A stretch of 64,000 bases of DNA, taken from assembly GCF_021869535.1 (NCBI RefSeq), contig NW_026262668.1, positions 15,686,001 to 15,750,000 on the forward strand. The letters run 5' to 3'. This document shows, piece after piece, positions 62,701-64,000 of this stretch (position 1 is its first letter; each line of letters opens with the position of its first letter). A program made the position numbers and the translations under genes. The notes beneath the pieces were generated by a model. It was not told where the DNA came from, did not search any database, and worked only from the letters and a program-made list of their open reading frames with translations. Origin of the DNA: Mytilus californianus. Taxonomy: Eukaryota.

Positions 62701-64000
62701 TATGATATAGAAATAAGGAGATGTGGTATGATTGCCAATGAGACAACTATCCAGCAGAGAAGTAAGATATAGAAATAAGGAGATGTGGTATGATTGCCAA
62801 TGAGACAACTATCCACCAGAGAGGTATGATAGAGAAATAAGGAGAAGTGATATGATTGCCAATGAGAAACTATCCATCAGAGAGGTATGATATAGAAATA
62901 AGAAGATGTGGTATGATTGCTAATGAGACAACTATCCACCAGAGAGGTATGATATAGAAATAAGAAGATGTGGTATGATTGCTAATAAGACAACTATCCA
63001 CCAGAGAGGTATGATATAGAAAAAAGGAGATGTGGTATGATTGCCAATGAGAAACTATCCAACAGAGAGGTATGATATAGAAATAAGGAGATGTGATATG
63101 ATTGCCAATGAGACAACTATCCAACAGAGAGGTAAGATATAGAAATAAGGAGATGTGGTATGATTGCCAATGAGACAACTATCCAACAGAGAGGTAAGAT
63201 ATAGAAATAAGGAGATGTGGTAAGATGTAGAAATAAGGAGATGTGGTATGATTGCTAATAAGACAACTATCCACCAGAGAGGTATGATATAGAAAAAAGG
63301 AGATGTGGTATGATTGCCAATGAGAAACTATCCAACAGAGAGGTATGATATAGAAATAAGGAGATGTGATATGATTGCCAATGAGACAACTATCCAACAG
63401 AGAGGTAAGATATAGAAATAAGGAGATGTGGTATGATTGCCAATGAGACAACTATCCAACAGAGAGGTAAGATATAGAAATAAGGAGATGTGGTAAGATG
63501 TAGAAATAAGGAGATGTGGTATGATATAGAAATAAGGAGATGTGGTATGATATAGAAATAAGGAGATGTGGTATGATTGCCTATGAGAAACTATCCATCA
63601 GAGAGATATAATATAGAAATAAGGAGATGTGGTATGATTGCCAATTAGACAACTATCCATCAGAGAGGTATGATATAGAAATAAGGAGATGTGGTTTGAT
63701 TGCCAATGAGACATCTATCCAACAGAGAGGTATGATATAGAAATAAGGAGTTGTGGTATGATTGCCAATTAGACAACTATCCAGCAGAGAGGTAAAACAT
63801 AGAAATAAGGAGATGTGGTATGATTGCCAATGAGACAACTATCCATCAGAGAGGTATGATATAGAAATAAGGAGAAGTGGTATGATTGCCAATGAGAAAC
63901 TATCCATCAGAGAGGTATGATATAGAAATAAAGAGTTGTGGCATGATTGCCAATTAGACAACTATCCACCAGAGAGGTATGATATAGAAATAAGGAGATG
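59738..64000. repeat. Satellite array of 26-bp and 62-bp monomers with higher-order structure; continues beyond the window
   Basis: 26-mer RTAGAAATAAGGAGATGTGGTATGAT; the 62-mer is the 26-mer plus TGCCAATGAGACAACTATCCAYCAGAGAGGTATGAT. Confidence 0.95.

Noticed and set aside
59515-63838. Many minus-strand ORFs (MSHWQSYHISLFLY...)
   Set aside because: They are translations of the 26/62-bp satellite, with no domain, start context or splice structure.

Overview
AT-rich, intron-containing eukaryotic DNA, most consistent with a mytilid bivalve (Mytilus-like), judged from its repeat families, hammerhead retrozymes and bivalve-type cGAS-like gene. Seven genes can be assembled by hand. (1) A 5-exon divergent Lhx3/4-like LIM-homeobox gene (718-4868). 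(2-3) Two tandem intronless genes with a MIEAP/SPATA18-type C-terminal domain; the second is an unusual B-box/B-box/coiled-coil/MIEAP fusion. (4) A minus-strand Mab-21/cGAS-like receptor (cGLR) broken only by two 1-nt homopolymer frameshifts. (5-7) Three tandem 3-exon claudin/PMP22-like tetraspan genes, two with very long disordered C-terminal tails. Non-coding DNA holds one intact type I hammerhead ribozyme, about 11 degenerate ones, two retrozyme-like units, Penelope-like RT relics, several MITE/HINE-like elements and many tandem arrays. Notable arrays are a 41-bp minisatellite copying an exon/5' splice-site junction, a 49-bp array built from half a hammerhead, and a >4.2-kb TE-derived satellite with higher-order structure that runs off the window end. 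All alignments and counts were made by eye; no searches were run.
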